Positions 39,501-49,289 of a DNA stretch of 64,000 nt are shown one piece after another. A program made the position numbers and the translations under genes. The stretch's first letter is position 1, and each line of letters opens with the position of its first letter. The notes beneath the pieces were generated by a model, which did not search any database, was not told the DNA's origin, and was given only the letters and a program-made list of their open reading frames with translations. The stretch spans positions 650,880-714,879 of the forward strand of contig OY970382.1 of assembly GCA_963719425.1 (NCBI GenBank). The letters run 5' to 3'. Source of the stretch: an uncultured bacterium. Lineage in GTDB: Bacteria; Patescibacteriota; Minisyncoccia; UBA6257; 2-01-FULL-56-20.

Positions 39501-40652
39501 ATGCCCTACTGTGAACATTGTTTTCCGTTCCCGCCACGGCACCTGGAGAATTGGTTCAACGACCTTCTGGAACTCTTGTTCTATCCTCCTTTTGAACGCA
39601 TAACACCGTCTCTTTTCAATTCGCAGTTTTTTGAAAAGGCGATCACAGACTGCTTTGTTTTTGCCGGCATCGTGCGGAAGGAAAAAGAATTCCCGCTTAA
39701 AGAAATAAATCCTATCGCGGCGCTTTTCATACAACACGGCAGGGCAAGAGGAATAGAATTTGAAGCCCTGCGGGGACCCTTCGGCTACCTCACGTTTTTC
39801 CGGATGCGCATCGGAGGGCAGTCGTACGAATTTGACCGCCTCCCCGGCGCCTCGGCGAACTCCCTTGCCGCGGACGATAAATGGCACACGAAAAAAGCGC
39901 TCCGCAAGCTGGGCTATCCGGTCGCAGAAGGAATGCCGTTCTGGTGGTTCCAAAAGCGCAGGGCGGCACGCTACGCGGAAACACTGGGATACCCCGTCGT
40001 CGTAAAACCGCGCAAGGGATCATTGAGCCAGCACCTCTTCGTCGTAAAATGCGCTTCCGAGCTCCTGCCGGCGCTCCAGAGCGTCGCGCAATACTCGCCG
40101 GTATTCATAGTGGAAAAATTTGTTCCCAATGCCACGCTCTACCGCATCACAATCGTGGACGGCAAGAAAATGTTCGTCGTGAAGCGCTTCCCCGCGGAGG
40201 TCGAGGGCGACGGGAAAAGCACGCTCCGAGCGCTCGTCCGCAAAATAGAATTCAATCCCAAAAACCTTGACAAGGTCATTCTCAAGGAACAAAGAGTCAG
40301 TATTAGCTCGGTTATCGCAAAAGGAAAAAGGATATTCCTCCAGCGCAAAGCCATCCTCGCGCTCGGATCAAAGATAGAGAAGGTTCCTATCGCCGAAGTG
40401 CATCGCGACATTGTCGCCATGGGCCGCGCCGTTGCAAAACACTTCCGCTTGCCGCTCGTCGGCATTGACATCCTCCTTCGCAACCACACGCGGCCACTCA
40501 AGGATCAAACCGCCGCGATCCTGGAACTCAACACCCTCCCCAACATCCTCATGCACACGTTCAAGAAAAAGGGTAAAACGGAGAACGAAGTCGCCGACGC
40601 GCTCGTGGATCTCGCATTTGCACACTTCGACGAACAGACAAATCAGCGTTAG
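39501..40652 (+). CDS. ATP-grasp ligase (cyanophycin synthetase/GshF C-terminal-like)
   Basis: DDKWHTKKAL, YPVVVKP, VEKFV, GIDI, ILELN. Confidence 0.8.
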   Translation: MPYCEHCFPFPPRHLENWFNDLLELLFYPPFERITPSLFNSQFFEKAITDCFVFAGIVRKEKEFPLKEINPIAALFIQHGRARGIEFEALRGPFGYLTFFRMRIGGQSYEFDRLPGASANSLAADDKWHTKKALRKLGYPVAEGMPFWWFQKRRAARYAETLGYPVVVKPRKGSLSQHLFVVKCASELLPALQSVAQYSPVFIVEKFVPNATLYRITIVDGKKMFVVKRFPAEVEGDGKSTLRALVRKIEFNPKNLDKVILKEQRVSISSVIAKGKRIFLQRKAILALGSKIEKVPIAEVHRDIVAMGRAVAKHFRLPLVGIDILLRNHTRPLKDQTAAILELNTLPNILMHTFKKKGKTENEVADALVDLAFAHFDEQTNQR

Positions 40653-41029
40653 CGCTCGTCCGGAAATTCAAACATCGGCGCGTCAGAATCCATAATGATG
40701 CGACCGCCATCAAGCTCTTCGGAATCCCACTGAATTATCCAACGATGCCGTGGGTTCCGATTGCATTGGCATTTGGTCATCAAGTTTTCTGTAGACCCCC
40801 CGATGGGCTGCTTCCCTCCGCAGCCGGGATAGGGACAAAGGAAAGGCCTCTCAAGTGCTCTTTGCCTTTTAAGCTCTCCCTCTTTCCTGTCTGGTATTCT
40901 AAATTTCTCTCCAAATGAAAGTGGTTTTGGCTGCGGTGGGAACTCCCCCTCTTTCGCCAGATAATCCAAATACCCAGGAATTTCCGGCGGCCCTTCTTCG
41001 GGTTTCTCCACATGCGAACGCCTCGGCAT
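40649..41029 (-). CDS. Small Cys/His (Zn-finger-like) protein
   Basis: CPYPGC...CQC...H; TATAAT 6 nt upstream of ATG 41029. Confidence 0.6.
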   Translation of the reverse strand: MPRRSHVEKPEEGPPEIPGYLDYLAKEGEFPPQPKPLSFGEKFRIPDRKEGELKRQRALERPFLCPYPGCGGKQPIGGSTENLMTKCQCNRNPRHRWIIQWDSEELDGGRIIMDSDAPMFEFPDER

Positions 41030-41093
41030 ACCCGCATTATAGTAAACATGGAATGTCCCGGCAACATCTTTGCAGATACGACCGCGCACGATC

Positions 41094-41804
41094 TTAGTTC
41101 TCAAAAGGAATCCTTTTGATTTTACCTTTATTTTCTTGCAAATATCTTCTGATTCTATCGTCTGCCTCTTCTCTAAACTCATCAATGATTTTCCTCCAAT
41201 CACGAGAGAACCTATCCCGAACCGTGGGAACGTACCTCATAACAAAGTCTTGCAGGTCAGTACCTTCAATGGGATAGGTATCTACGAAATATAACCTATT
41301 CCCCTGATTATTCTTTTTATCTTGGCCGAAAATAAAATTTTCCCCTTTTAGATCGGGAGTTAAGAAGTGTGGTATCGGATCGCTGCCGTAGTAAAAAAGA
41401 TTGTTTATATAAGTATCAATGGCTCGCCTCAAGAATAACCTAAGCTGCTCGGCTACTTTTTCATCATATTTCAAATGATCTAAATTCTGCCCCTCGATCC
41501 TGTCCTGGATTATATACACGGTTTTTTTACCGCGCTCGTTTTTACCGACAACGAGTTGACTGTTCGGGATAAATTCCCCGAAGTTTTCTTTCAAAAAATC
41601 TAGGTTGGATTTGATATGGTCGGGGTCTGCCAACGGGTGCACGCCTTCTTCATCGCCCTTTTTCCACTCCGTCCTCGCAACTTTTGCGATAAGATCGGGA
41701 TCGTCAACTGGTACTTTTACTTCAAAGTATTTTCCTCCGCCGACGTCCTCTAGTTCACGAAGGGGGGTTTCGTCGGGAATGGAAGCTTGCGGAACTCGGA
41801 CTCG
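41094..41804 (-). pseudogene. Protein-kinase-like gene, apparently 5'-truncated at repeat A
   Basis: DVGGGKYFEV G-loop and LIAKV lie upstream of the only GTG (41642); QDRIEG, PDLKGENF and FVD follow; the frame stays open into the repeat with no ATG. Confidence 0.6.
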
Positions 41805-42015
41805 AAAAAGTTCGAATCCTTGCCCCCTGCGACTTTTCGTCGCCTAATCTGACCTTCTGCAAGTATTGGGAAGCCGAGGGGGGACTGTCCCTCGAACGGG
41901 CGCACAACCCTGCGGGAGCGAACCGACACCAACTAAACTCGAAATAAGTATTGAAAAATCTGCATTTTTATTTCCCGCTTTGCCCCGAATTGGTTCGAAT
42001 CTCATCCGGGTCGTT
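41805..42015 (+). repeat. ~210-bp inter-cassette repeat A
   Basis: AAAAGTTCGAATCC-102 bp-GCGG(41912)-81 bp-GTTCGAATCTC; colinear with 43892-44101. Confidence 0.92.
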
Positions 42016-42054
42016 AAAATTATTCCGGTTTCTTTCCATAACCTGGTCCGAGGG

Positions 42055-43794
42055 TTACGCTACTTCTGTCTGGTAACACCGTTCGCAATATACCATCTCG
42101 GGTTGGTCTGGAGCGTATGGGGTTTCAAACTCAACTGGACATCTGGCGGTATGCTCGTGCTTCTCTTTCGCACACATGCATTGCCGATGCCACAATTCCA
42201 AAGGATTGCGCATAGCGAACCGTTCGTAATGCCGGCAATTTGGACAAAGATGGGGTAGCGGTATTCCACGCGCACGATAGAACGCAAGTTCATTTGGTAT
42301 TATTTTGAATGCCGCGGTGCACTGATGCAAACACTTTTCTTTATGCTCACACTCAATGATGTCCTCAAGGATTTTGTCGCTCGCTTCGCCAATCAAATCG
42401 GGGATATCGATGTTTTTCCGCGTCACCGCGTAATCTCTGGCATCCGTGTCTCTCCACCGAAATCCTTTGGCTACGGCTTCATTTTTTGTCAGTGGGAAAT
42501 ATTGCTGCGTGAGCGATTCATTGTATGCATACGGGCAAAAATCAAGCGGGAAAAATTCTCCGTATTTCCACGCCCGACCCCGCCGGTCAACATACGGCAT
42601 CTCGTTCATGTGCGCGATAATCTTAGGAAGAAGTGCTTCATATTCTTCTTTTGAGTATTGTTTGTTGAGAATGCAATACTGTTTATTCCTTATCCCGATG
42701 CAGCCGAACAAGTTACTGCCGGAAGTTTGATTTTCGCAGTAAGCAATATTGTTGCCCTGAGGATTCGTGTTCATGATAAATTTTGCGTTCTGGCTAGGAG
42801 AACCGACGTTAATACCCTCGTAGATCAGCTCGCCCCCCGCAAATCCGAACGCGTCGTAGGTGTCTTTGGAGCGGAAAACTCGACAGGTATATTTCACATC
42901 TTCCAGATCAAATCCCTCAAATACCATTTTGCTGTTCTTCGCGTTCTCAATATCGTCTCCGGTGGCATTAGTAGTTTTCTCAAGATAGGCATATTTATGG
43001 ATCGCCCCTCGCTTCATTTTTTGGAATTCCGCTTTCAATGATTCACTTGCTGCGTGGCTTGCAAGATTAACTTCCTTTATTTTCTGTTCATATTCTCCTT
43101 TCGCGAGCTGTTGATTACGAAATACGTATTGCTTGTTGCGGAGATTACTACTCATAAAACAGCGTTGGCAATTTCTACAATCGAAAAGAAATGAGCATTG
43201 GATACAATCCGAGCAATCCAGAAGGTATTCTGATTGAAACACGCGAGAGCAACCTACATTTTCGTACACGAGCTCTCCTTTGTTTACGCTGTAAGAATCG
43301 TACACCTGGCGACTGCCAGATACGGTGCGCGAATAGTAGATCTCTTCGCTTTCAACAATAGAAAAAGAAAGGTATGTATTGTGGGCGTCTTTGAGATAGC
43401 TGGAATACGCTGCATTTAGGTTATTTCCATACTCCTGAAGCGGCAAAATGGGGACGGTCTTTTTGAGTTCCGCATATTGTTCAAAAAACGGTTTTTTGAA
43501 ATCATAATCCCTGCCGTACAACATGGGATCCCATTTGTCGCTCCACCAACAATCCCGGCAGTACACAACAAAATCTGACTCTGGAGCGTAGTGCGCAATG
43601 GTGCGCTTATGACAAAGATCGCAGTTTCTTGGGTAGAGAGTTCTCTCATTCCTAAAATAGAGTCGTCGTACGAGGCGACACTGAGGGCACCAGGTCGGCG
43701 GCGGCACTTTAATTTTCTCATAGAACGTGAAATCTTCCGGTTCTATTGTAAACTGGGTTTTGCAGTTCTGACACACCCTTATTTCCTGCTCCAT
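42055..43794 (-). CDS. Large Cys-rich multi-zinc-ribbon protein of a type common in CPR
   Basis: CQNC...PPPTWCPQCR...YCRDCWWSDKWD; CPNCRH; YCERCY; start MEQEIRVC. Confidence 0.85.
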   Translation of the reverse strand: MEQEIRVCQNCKTQFTIEPEDFTFYEKIKVPPPTWCPQCRLVRRLYFRNERTLYPRNCDLCHKRTIAHYAPESDFVVYCRDCWWSDKWDPMLYGRDYDFKKPFFEQYAELKKTVPILPLQEYGNNLNAAYSSYLKDAHNTYLSFSIVESEEIYYSRTVSGSRQVYDSYSVNKGELVYENVGCSRVFQSEYLLDCSDCIQCSFLFDCRNCQRCFMSSNLRNKQYVFRNQQLAKGEYEQKIKEVNLASHAASESLKAEFQKMKRGAIHKYAYLEKTTNATGDDIENAKNSKMVFEGFDLEDVKYTCRVFRSKDTYDAFGFAGGELIYEGINVGSPSQNAKFIMNTNPQGNNIAYCENQTSGSNLFGCIGIRNKQYCILNKQYSKEEYEALLPKIIAHMNEMPYVDRRGRAWKYGEFFPLDFCPYAYNESLTQQYFPLTKNEAVAKGFRWRDTDARDYAVTRKNIDIPDLIGEASDKILEDIIECEHKEKCLHQCTAAFKIIPNELAFYRARGIPLPHLCPNCRHYERFAMRNPLELWHRQCMCAKEKHEHTARCPVEFETPYAPDQPEMVYCERCYQTEVA

Positions 43795-43891
43795 TACCTC
43801 AATTCTATCAGAACGAGAAATTGTAGGCCTTTTGGTCTGTCCGATACTCAAACTGGTCGCTCTGGCAGTGAGCCCATTAGCATAATTAACG

Positions 43892-44101
43892 AAAAGTTCG
43901 AATCCTGGCGCCCTGCTCGGATTCGTGACATAAACTGAGCTCCCGGAAGCATTGAAAAACCGAGGGGGAGCCGTCCCTCGAACGAGCGCACAATCCTGCG
44001 GAGGCGAACCGACTATCACTAGTCTCAAAAAAGTATTGAAAAAACCTACATTTTATTTTTCTGCTCTGCACTAATTCGGTTCGAATCTCGTCCAGGTCGT
44101 T
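43892..44101 (+). repeat. ~210-bp inter-cassette repeat B
   Basis: Same layout as A, with GCGG at 43998 and identical 102 and 81 bp spacings. Confidence 0.92.
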
Positions 44102-44104
44102 CAA

Positions 44105-45877
44105 CTACAACCCCGTAATCACCCCCTTCTGAATATCCCCTTGAAGCTGGGAGCCGCTTCTCTCGGAAAGATTATATAGCCATTCTATGGCTTGCGCAGT
44201 GGGCATAATGTTTGGCTGACTTCTTGCGCTCCGTACTGGAATGAGCTGGCAGGTAACTCCCGAATCACTGAATTGCAGCTCTACCATCAACTCATTTTGA
44301 GTATCATCGGAAAAATATTGATCGAAAATGAAATTGCCGAGTGAATAGAAAATCAACTTACCCTTATATTTTTCTATACCCTCGACAACGTGCGGATGTG
44401 CACCGATGATCATGTTGGCTCCTGCATCTATGAGATCGTGGGCAAGTGACTGTTGCTGTTGATTCTCCGTCAGGCTGTATTCGTCTCCCCAGTGCGCAAG
44501 GACGATAAGAAAAGCATCCGGCTGTTCTTGCTTAATGTTGGTTATTAGGCTGACAGCGTCTTGTTCCGGGAAATACGGATCGGTGCCATTGATGGCAATG
44601 AAGGCAAATTTCTTTCCGTTGATGAATTTGATGGATGTGTACTTTTTATCAACGCTGTACGGGTTGCCGACGGAGTCTATCGAATAATCTCCAAGATATT
44701 TTTGTGTGCTCAGATAGCCGCTTTCTCCAAGGTCATAAGAATGGTTGTTTGCAAGCGAGAGGACTTTGAAATTATTTTGCGCGAGAAGCTGGGCGACCTT
44801 CGGCGCGAAGGAAAATTGTATTGAAGTGCTCGAGTTTTGCGGTTGATTCGAAGTAATCGGACCTTCCAAATTGCCAATTACCGCATCAAACGCATTGAGC
44901 GATCCTGCAATCTTTTTAAATGGATAACTCTCGCCGTATCGGTTCATGAGCGTAGCAACATATCTTCCGAGCATAATATCTCCCACTGCGGCTACGGTAG
45001 CGGTGGAAGAAGTTGGCACATAAAATTGAGTTATATAACTCGTCGCGCTGGTCAATTTTTCCTTGGTGTAATCTTGAGAATTCTTATCGGCGATGATATT
45101 AGGCGCTGCCCCGAAAATATCTTTCTGCACCCGCATTTGGACGTATTGAGAAGCTATAGAATCGAGGTTGTCCGACTGGTTGAGAGAGAAAAGTTTTTCT
45201 GGGTCGTCGCTTTTAAGAACCGCAAGCGTCTGACGGTCTTTAGTATTGGCAACGGCCTTGGGAAGGTAGTGAGAAAAATCGGTGCTCTGTACGATAAGCG
45301 TGCGTTTATCAATATTTTGTTCTAAGAGATCCACAAATGCGCTGAGTTCGCTCTGCGTCGTACTCTCCTTGAGGGCGATTGCTACCACTGGCACGCCGGG
45401 GAAATAATGCGCCACGAACGGTAGCTCCGCCTCAATGCCATGTTCTCTGTAAAAAAAGTCTGCTGTGGAAACGAACGGCAATTGTGTCAGCTGATCGACA
45501 AAATGGGTGTCTGTTTCAAGTTCGCCCAAAACGGTGCTCAAGTTGCGCCGTGAAATCGAGATGTCGGTACTGCCAAGGTTGTAGTGATCCGGACTCAAAA
45601 TAATAATCCGATCATATGAGCCGCGGGAGGCTAGAAGGAATGCCTGGGCGATGAGGTCCGAGGCGAGAAGGTGATGCGGCACCGTGATGCCGGAAACTTT
45701 TTCATCAAGCGGAGTCCCTGTAGCATTTAAAATCGGCGTTAGGAAAATGGAGGTGTCCGTGAACTCTGGCGGTATCGGCCTTTCCGTATCGGCGTGTGAC
45801 GGGACGACAGACAGGACAAGTCCGACAAAAAACACCGAATAGAGAACAACTCTATATCGTCGAAGCACCTTCGTCAT
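44105..45877 (-). CDS. MEMO1/AmmeMemoRadiSam-B domain fused to a CapA (PGA_cap) metallophosphatase domain
   Basis: VPHH, SPDH, EHGI, STDFSHY; GDIMLGR, GNLEGP, LANNH, HWG, GAHPHV, YSLGNFIFDQ. Confidence 0.88.
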   Translation of the reverse strand: MTKVLRRYRVVLYSVFFVGLVLSVVPSHADTERPIPPEFTDTSIFLTPILNATGTPLDEKVSGITVPHHLLASDLIAQAFLLASRGSYDRIIILSPDHYNLGSTDISISRRNLSTVLGELETDTHFVDQLTQLPFVSTADFFYREHGIEAELPFVAHYFPGVPVVAIALKESTTQSELSAFVDLLEQNIDKRTLIVQSTDFSHYLPKAVANTKDRQTLAVLKSDDPEKLFSLNQSDNLDSIASQYVQMRVQKDIFGAAPNIIADKNSQDYTKEKLTSATSYITQFYVPTSSTATVAAVGDIMLGRYVATLMNRYGESYPFKKIAGSLNAFDAVIGNLEGPITSNQPQNSSTSIQFSFAPKVAQLLAQNNFKVLSLANNHSYDLGESGYLSTQKYLGDYSIDSVGNPYSVDKKYTSIKFINGKKFAFIAINGTDPYFPEQDAVSLITNIKQEQPDAFLIVLAHWGDEYSLTENQQQQSLAHDLIDAGANMIIGAHPHVVEGIEKYKGKLIFYSLGNFIFDQYFSDDTQNELMVELQFSDSGVTCQLIPVRSARSQPNIMPTAQAIEWLYNLSERSGSQLQGDIQKGVITGL

Positions 45878-45878
45878 C

Positions 45879-48302
45879 CTACTTGACGATGAGTGATTGG
45901 TACCAGAAGTTTTTTGTCGGAAGTGAGGAGGTGACATTGTATACCCAATTCCTCCATTCCTCATCCGTCAGCCGTTGGCCTCCAAGGGGCTGCGTGAACT
46001 CGTAGTGATTGAACGCGAGTCCGACGACTATGCGGGGGTTATTCTCATCATTAACATAAGTCAGCATGAGATATGGATTTCCGTCACCCTCGTAGAGTAT
46101 CTGGTTAGTAAGCGCATCGGTATGGATGTCGGCGACAAGCGCAGGTTTCCCGGAATCCTTGTCCGGTTCGTCTTGACCGCCGAATGGCTGAGCCATGAAT
46201 GACAAGCTGGTCGTACGGAGTTTTTCGTAATCATCGTCGCTGATTGGTGCCCCATTCATTTCCTTTTCGGCCAACCCATCATAGAAACCTACAATACTCT
46301 TAAAGTCATCGAGCCGCGAGAATGCCGCACTATTTTGAAATAGATTGTATTGGTTGTAGAAATCCTCTGTTCGATTGATGAGTCCTTGAAGTTTTTTCCA
46401 AAAAGCGACATTAGGTTCGACGAACCCTCGAACCAATGGCTGGATCGTGCACTCTTCCTCCCCGCCTCCTTTTTCGGCATAGCTCTGTTTGGCGTACAAA
46501 AGTGTGTCGTGTTTTAGCTCGGTGTACGATCCAAGGAATGTTTGAATTTGTTTATCGGAAAAATTCGGCGATTGCATATAGAGCGGATAGCTGCTGCCAT
46601 ATTGTCCGGTAAGCGTCGAGAGTACATTGAGCCACGCGCTGCCGAGCGAATTTTGCCATTCGTCGGCGGTTATCGCCTGAAGCTGTCCAGATTTTTGGTC
46701 AAGAGCCGCCATGAACCCCGCGATATCGGCTTGGGTAAAACCGCTATTCAAGAGAAACTGCGCTGTGTCGCTTTGCGCTTGCGTGTCCCCGAAAGCCGCT
46801 GGCACAAACAGCGCGGAGGGCATTGATGGCAATCTGGTCTGCGTTGCTTCTTGTCCAGCGGTAAGATCGTTCAAAATCCATGCGTCAAAGGTGAATTTTT
46901 GTCCGAAGATTCTGAATCCCAGAGATTGTTTCAATAGATCAGCCTTCGTTAACGATCCAATATTTGGGTTCACAACAACGCTAGAAAATATCTTAGGGAG
47001 CTTCAATTGACCGATGTTGCTATCCAAAGTGCTAAGGGTTGCGGCGCTCGCCAGATTCTGAGGCGTAGAGTTGAATCCGTTTCCTAGAACGTTGTTAAGG
47101 AAACTTTGCCATTCGGTATATGTGATATCGTCGCTCTGGCCAGCGTAAAAACTTGTCACATCGCTAATGTGTTGCCAGGATGAAAGCGGTACATTGCCAT
47201 CGCTGCTCGTCGCCAAAAAGAGATTGGTGAGAAGATTGATATCTTCCACGCCGATGTCTTTCCCGAGGAAATAGCTGTTGCGGCCAAGGTACATCATCGC
47301 TCTGAAGTACGCACGCAGGGCGGAGTTCTTCGTATAATGGCTTCTTGGCGTGAATTGTGTATAGTCACTTTGCAAATCGTCTTTATACTGACCCCAGAGG
47401 GGCGAGGACGTTATATCGCTTGCAGCGTAAATGAGTTGAAGTTCCGAAAGAGCTTCGCTCGCCAAGTCGGGAGTGAGGAATGAAGAGTATTTTACGAAAA
47501 TCGTTTTCGCGTTGGCAAAACTGTCTATGGTTTGGTCTTGAGTAAGATAGGCGTTTTCGGCATCAGGACCAGAGAAATAGTCAGGTTCCGGCGGGCTTTG
47601 ATTTTCAAGTAGAACCCGAGCGACCGTAAGTTGCGCGAGAATATTCTGATATCGCGCTGCAACATCGGGGGTGGCCTGAGTTATTTCTTGCGCTACGTTG
47701 CCGGTAATCTCGGTCAAAAACTTTTCGAGAGCTGGAGAAAGATCGGTTTGCTCAAGCTCCGCGAGCGAGAGATCGAAGTATTTGTGGTAAGCGTGTAGAA
47801 CGATGTCGGGGGTCACGAACACAGCGTCCTCGGGCGCTCGATAACAGGGGTCATAAGGCCCACCAATTCTATCAAATGCATCGAGCATGCTATCGAAACT
47901 GTAATCAGATACCTGGCTCACAGGCAAGAGCAAAAACTTATTCTGTTCTAAATAATCAGCTTGTGCCTGAGAAAGTTGTAAGTTGTATGCAGTTGCGACG
48001 TTGTCAAGGTTATACGCTTTCCCCACAGTACTCACGCTCGTGAACAAGGCTGATGCTGTTGAGGACTGCGTCGCCATTGATGATGTGACCGCTTCGGTAG
48101 TGGTTGCACTTATGGTAGAAGATGGCTGGATTACAGAAAGTGATTGAGCGGTTGAAGACTCCGTTGTCTGTTGGGTTGGAGTGGTCGGGGAAATGTTTGG
48201 TCTTTTCATAAACACAAAGCCAGCCCCGATTATCGCTATCAGCACAACGGCGACAATGATGCCAATAAGAACTCCGGAGAAGCCGCCCCTCCTAGGGATC
48301 AT
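45879..48302 (-). CDS. DUF3160-family membrane-anchored protein
   Basis: FVTPD..LH.YH, PRSHYT...YFRAMMY, ELKHDTLLYAKQSYAE, GFVEPN. Confidence 0.85.
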   Translation of the reverse strand: MIPRRGGFSGVLIGIIVAVVLIAIIGAGFVFMKRPNISPTTPTQQTTESSTAQSLSVIQPSSTISATTTEAVTSSMATQSSTASALFTSVSTVGKAYNLDNVATAYNLQLSQAQADYLEQNKFLLLPVSQVSDYSFDSMLDAFDRIGGPYDPCYRAPEDAVFVTPDIVLHAYHKYFDLSLAELEQTDLSPALEKFLTEITGNVAQEITQATPDVAARYQNILAQLTVARVLLENQSPPEPDYFSGPDAENAYLTQDQTIDSFANAKTIFVKYSSFLTPDLASEALSELQLIYAASDITSSPLWGQYKDDLQSDYTQFTPRSHYTKNSALRAYFRAMMYLGRNSYFLGKDIGVEDINLLTNLFLATSSDGNVPLSSWQHISDVTSFYAGQSDDITYTEWQSFLNNVLGNGFNSTPQNLASAATLSTLDSNIGQLKLPKIFSSVVVNPNIGSLTKADLLKQSLGFRIFGQKFTFDAWILNDLTAGQEATQTRLPSMPSALFVPAAFGDTQAQSDTAQFLLNSGFTQADIAGFMAALDQKSGQLQAITADEWQNSLGSAWLNVLSTLTGQYGSSYPLYMQSPNFSDKQIQTFLGSYTELKHDTLLYAKQSYAEKGGGEEECTIQPLVRGFVEPNVAFWKKLQGLINRTEDFYNQYNLFQNSAAFSRLDDFKSIVGFYDGLAEKEMNGAPISDDDYEKLRTTSLSFMAQPFGGQDEPDKDSGKPALVADIHTDALTNQILYEGDGNPYLMLTYVNDENNPRIVVGLAFNHYEFTQPLGGQRLTDEEWRNWVYNVTSSLPTKNFWYQSLIVK

Positions 48303-48350
48303 AATGAAATTGTAGCATATGATTTGGCTGTTTTAGGCAGCAGCTCCTAT

Positions 48351-48461
48351 AAAAAGTTCGAATCATGGCGCCCTGCTCGGATCCGTGACGTAAACTGATT
48401 CTCCGCGAGCATTGGAAAATATAGGGGGAACTGTCCCGCGAGCGGGTGCACACTCCCGCGG
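48351..48461 (+). repeat. Half repeat C abutting the tRNA-Ser 3' end
   Basis: Matches the left arm of A and B; its GCGG (48458-48461) overlaps the tRNA 3' end. Confidence 0.92.
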
Positions 48462-48545
48462 AAGGGGCGAGATTCGAACTCGCGGTACCATTTCTGGTAC
48501 ACGATCTTTCCAGGATCGCCAGTTAAACCACTCCTGCACCCTTCC
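48459..48545 (-). tRNA. tRNA-Ser(GGA), CCA not encoded
   Basis: Acceptor GGAAGGG/CCCTTCC, anticodon arm GATC-CTGGAAA-GATC, long variable arm GTACCA/TGGTAC, GTTCGAATC T-loop. Confidence 0.97.
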
Positions 48546-48589
48546 CCGTCCCGCGCCATATTTCCGCAAGGAAATCCGGCACCGGGAAA

Positions 48590-49282
48590 CTACCCAATAA
48601 TAGTGCCCTGAAAGTCCTTTCCGTTCAAGAGGTTGCGGAAGTTGGGGAGATTGCGGCCGTCTGCGATGATCGCTTTCACGCCCTCGCGCGCGGCGAGCGC
48701 GGCGCCCACGGGATCCACCGGCGCGTGGAGGCCCGGCTTCCACTTCCGCGGAATGAGCCGCCGATACTCGCGCCACGTAAGCTTGTGGAACGGCTTCGCG
48801 TCGGCATACTTCGCATGGTCTTTGTCGTACACATGTGCGGGCTTTCCCGCAACAACCACCTCTCCCACACCGAGATCCGCCGCAATCCGAATTGCGACGT
48901 AATCCGTGGACCATCCCGGCCGCCAGCCCGAGGCGATCGTGATGGGATATTTTAATTTCTTCACCTTCTCGCGCGCGTCAACGATCACGGGATCCGCGCT
49001 CTCGCGGAAGATGGTGCGCAGGAGATGGGCATTGAGCCGCGTCGCATGAATGCCAATCCAGTCCTTGTCTTCATCGGTCACCCGCGTTACCCTTGCCGCC
49101 GCTTCCTGAAAACGGCGGGATAATTTACCGCCGCCGATCACAAGCACGAACTTTACGCCGCGCCGGAGGTAGGGCACGACGAATGATTTGAACTTTTTGA
49201 TAAACGCCGTATCAATCTCGTCCGGATATATCACAGAGCCGCCGAGGGCCACCACTATTGTTTTTCCGAACGAGTATCTCAT
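48590..49282 (-). CDS. pyrH: UMP kinase, archaeal-like type
   Basis: LGGSV, GGG, DWIGIHATRLNA, PGWSTD, VDP, GTII. Confidence 0.88.
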   Translation of the reverse strand: MRYSFGKTIVVALGGSVIYPDEIDTAFIKKFKSFVVPYLRRGVKFVLVIGGGKLSRRFQEAAARVTRVTDEDKDWIGIHATRLNAHLLRTIFRESADPVIVDAREKVKKLKYPITIASGWRPGWSTDYVAIRIAADLGVGEVVVAGKPAHVYDKDHAKYADAKPFHKLTWREYRRLIPRKWKPGLHAPVDPVGAALAAREGVKAIIADGRNLPNFRNLLNGKDFQGTIIG

Positions 49283-49289
49283 GGGCGTG

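Noticed and set aside
31670-40652. RiPP cluster (TldD/E, ATP-grasp, S53 protease)
   Set aside because: Mixed orientations, no precursor peptide seen, and each gene has a generic explanation
43795-44028. N-terminal extension of the Cys-rich ORF
   Set aside because: Runs through non-coding repeat B; the family-like sequence starts at MEQEIRVC (43794)
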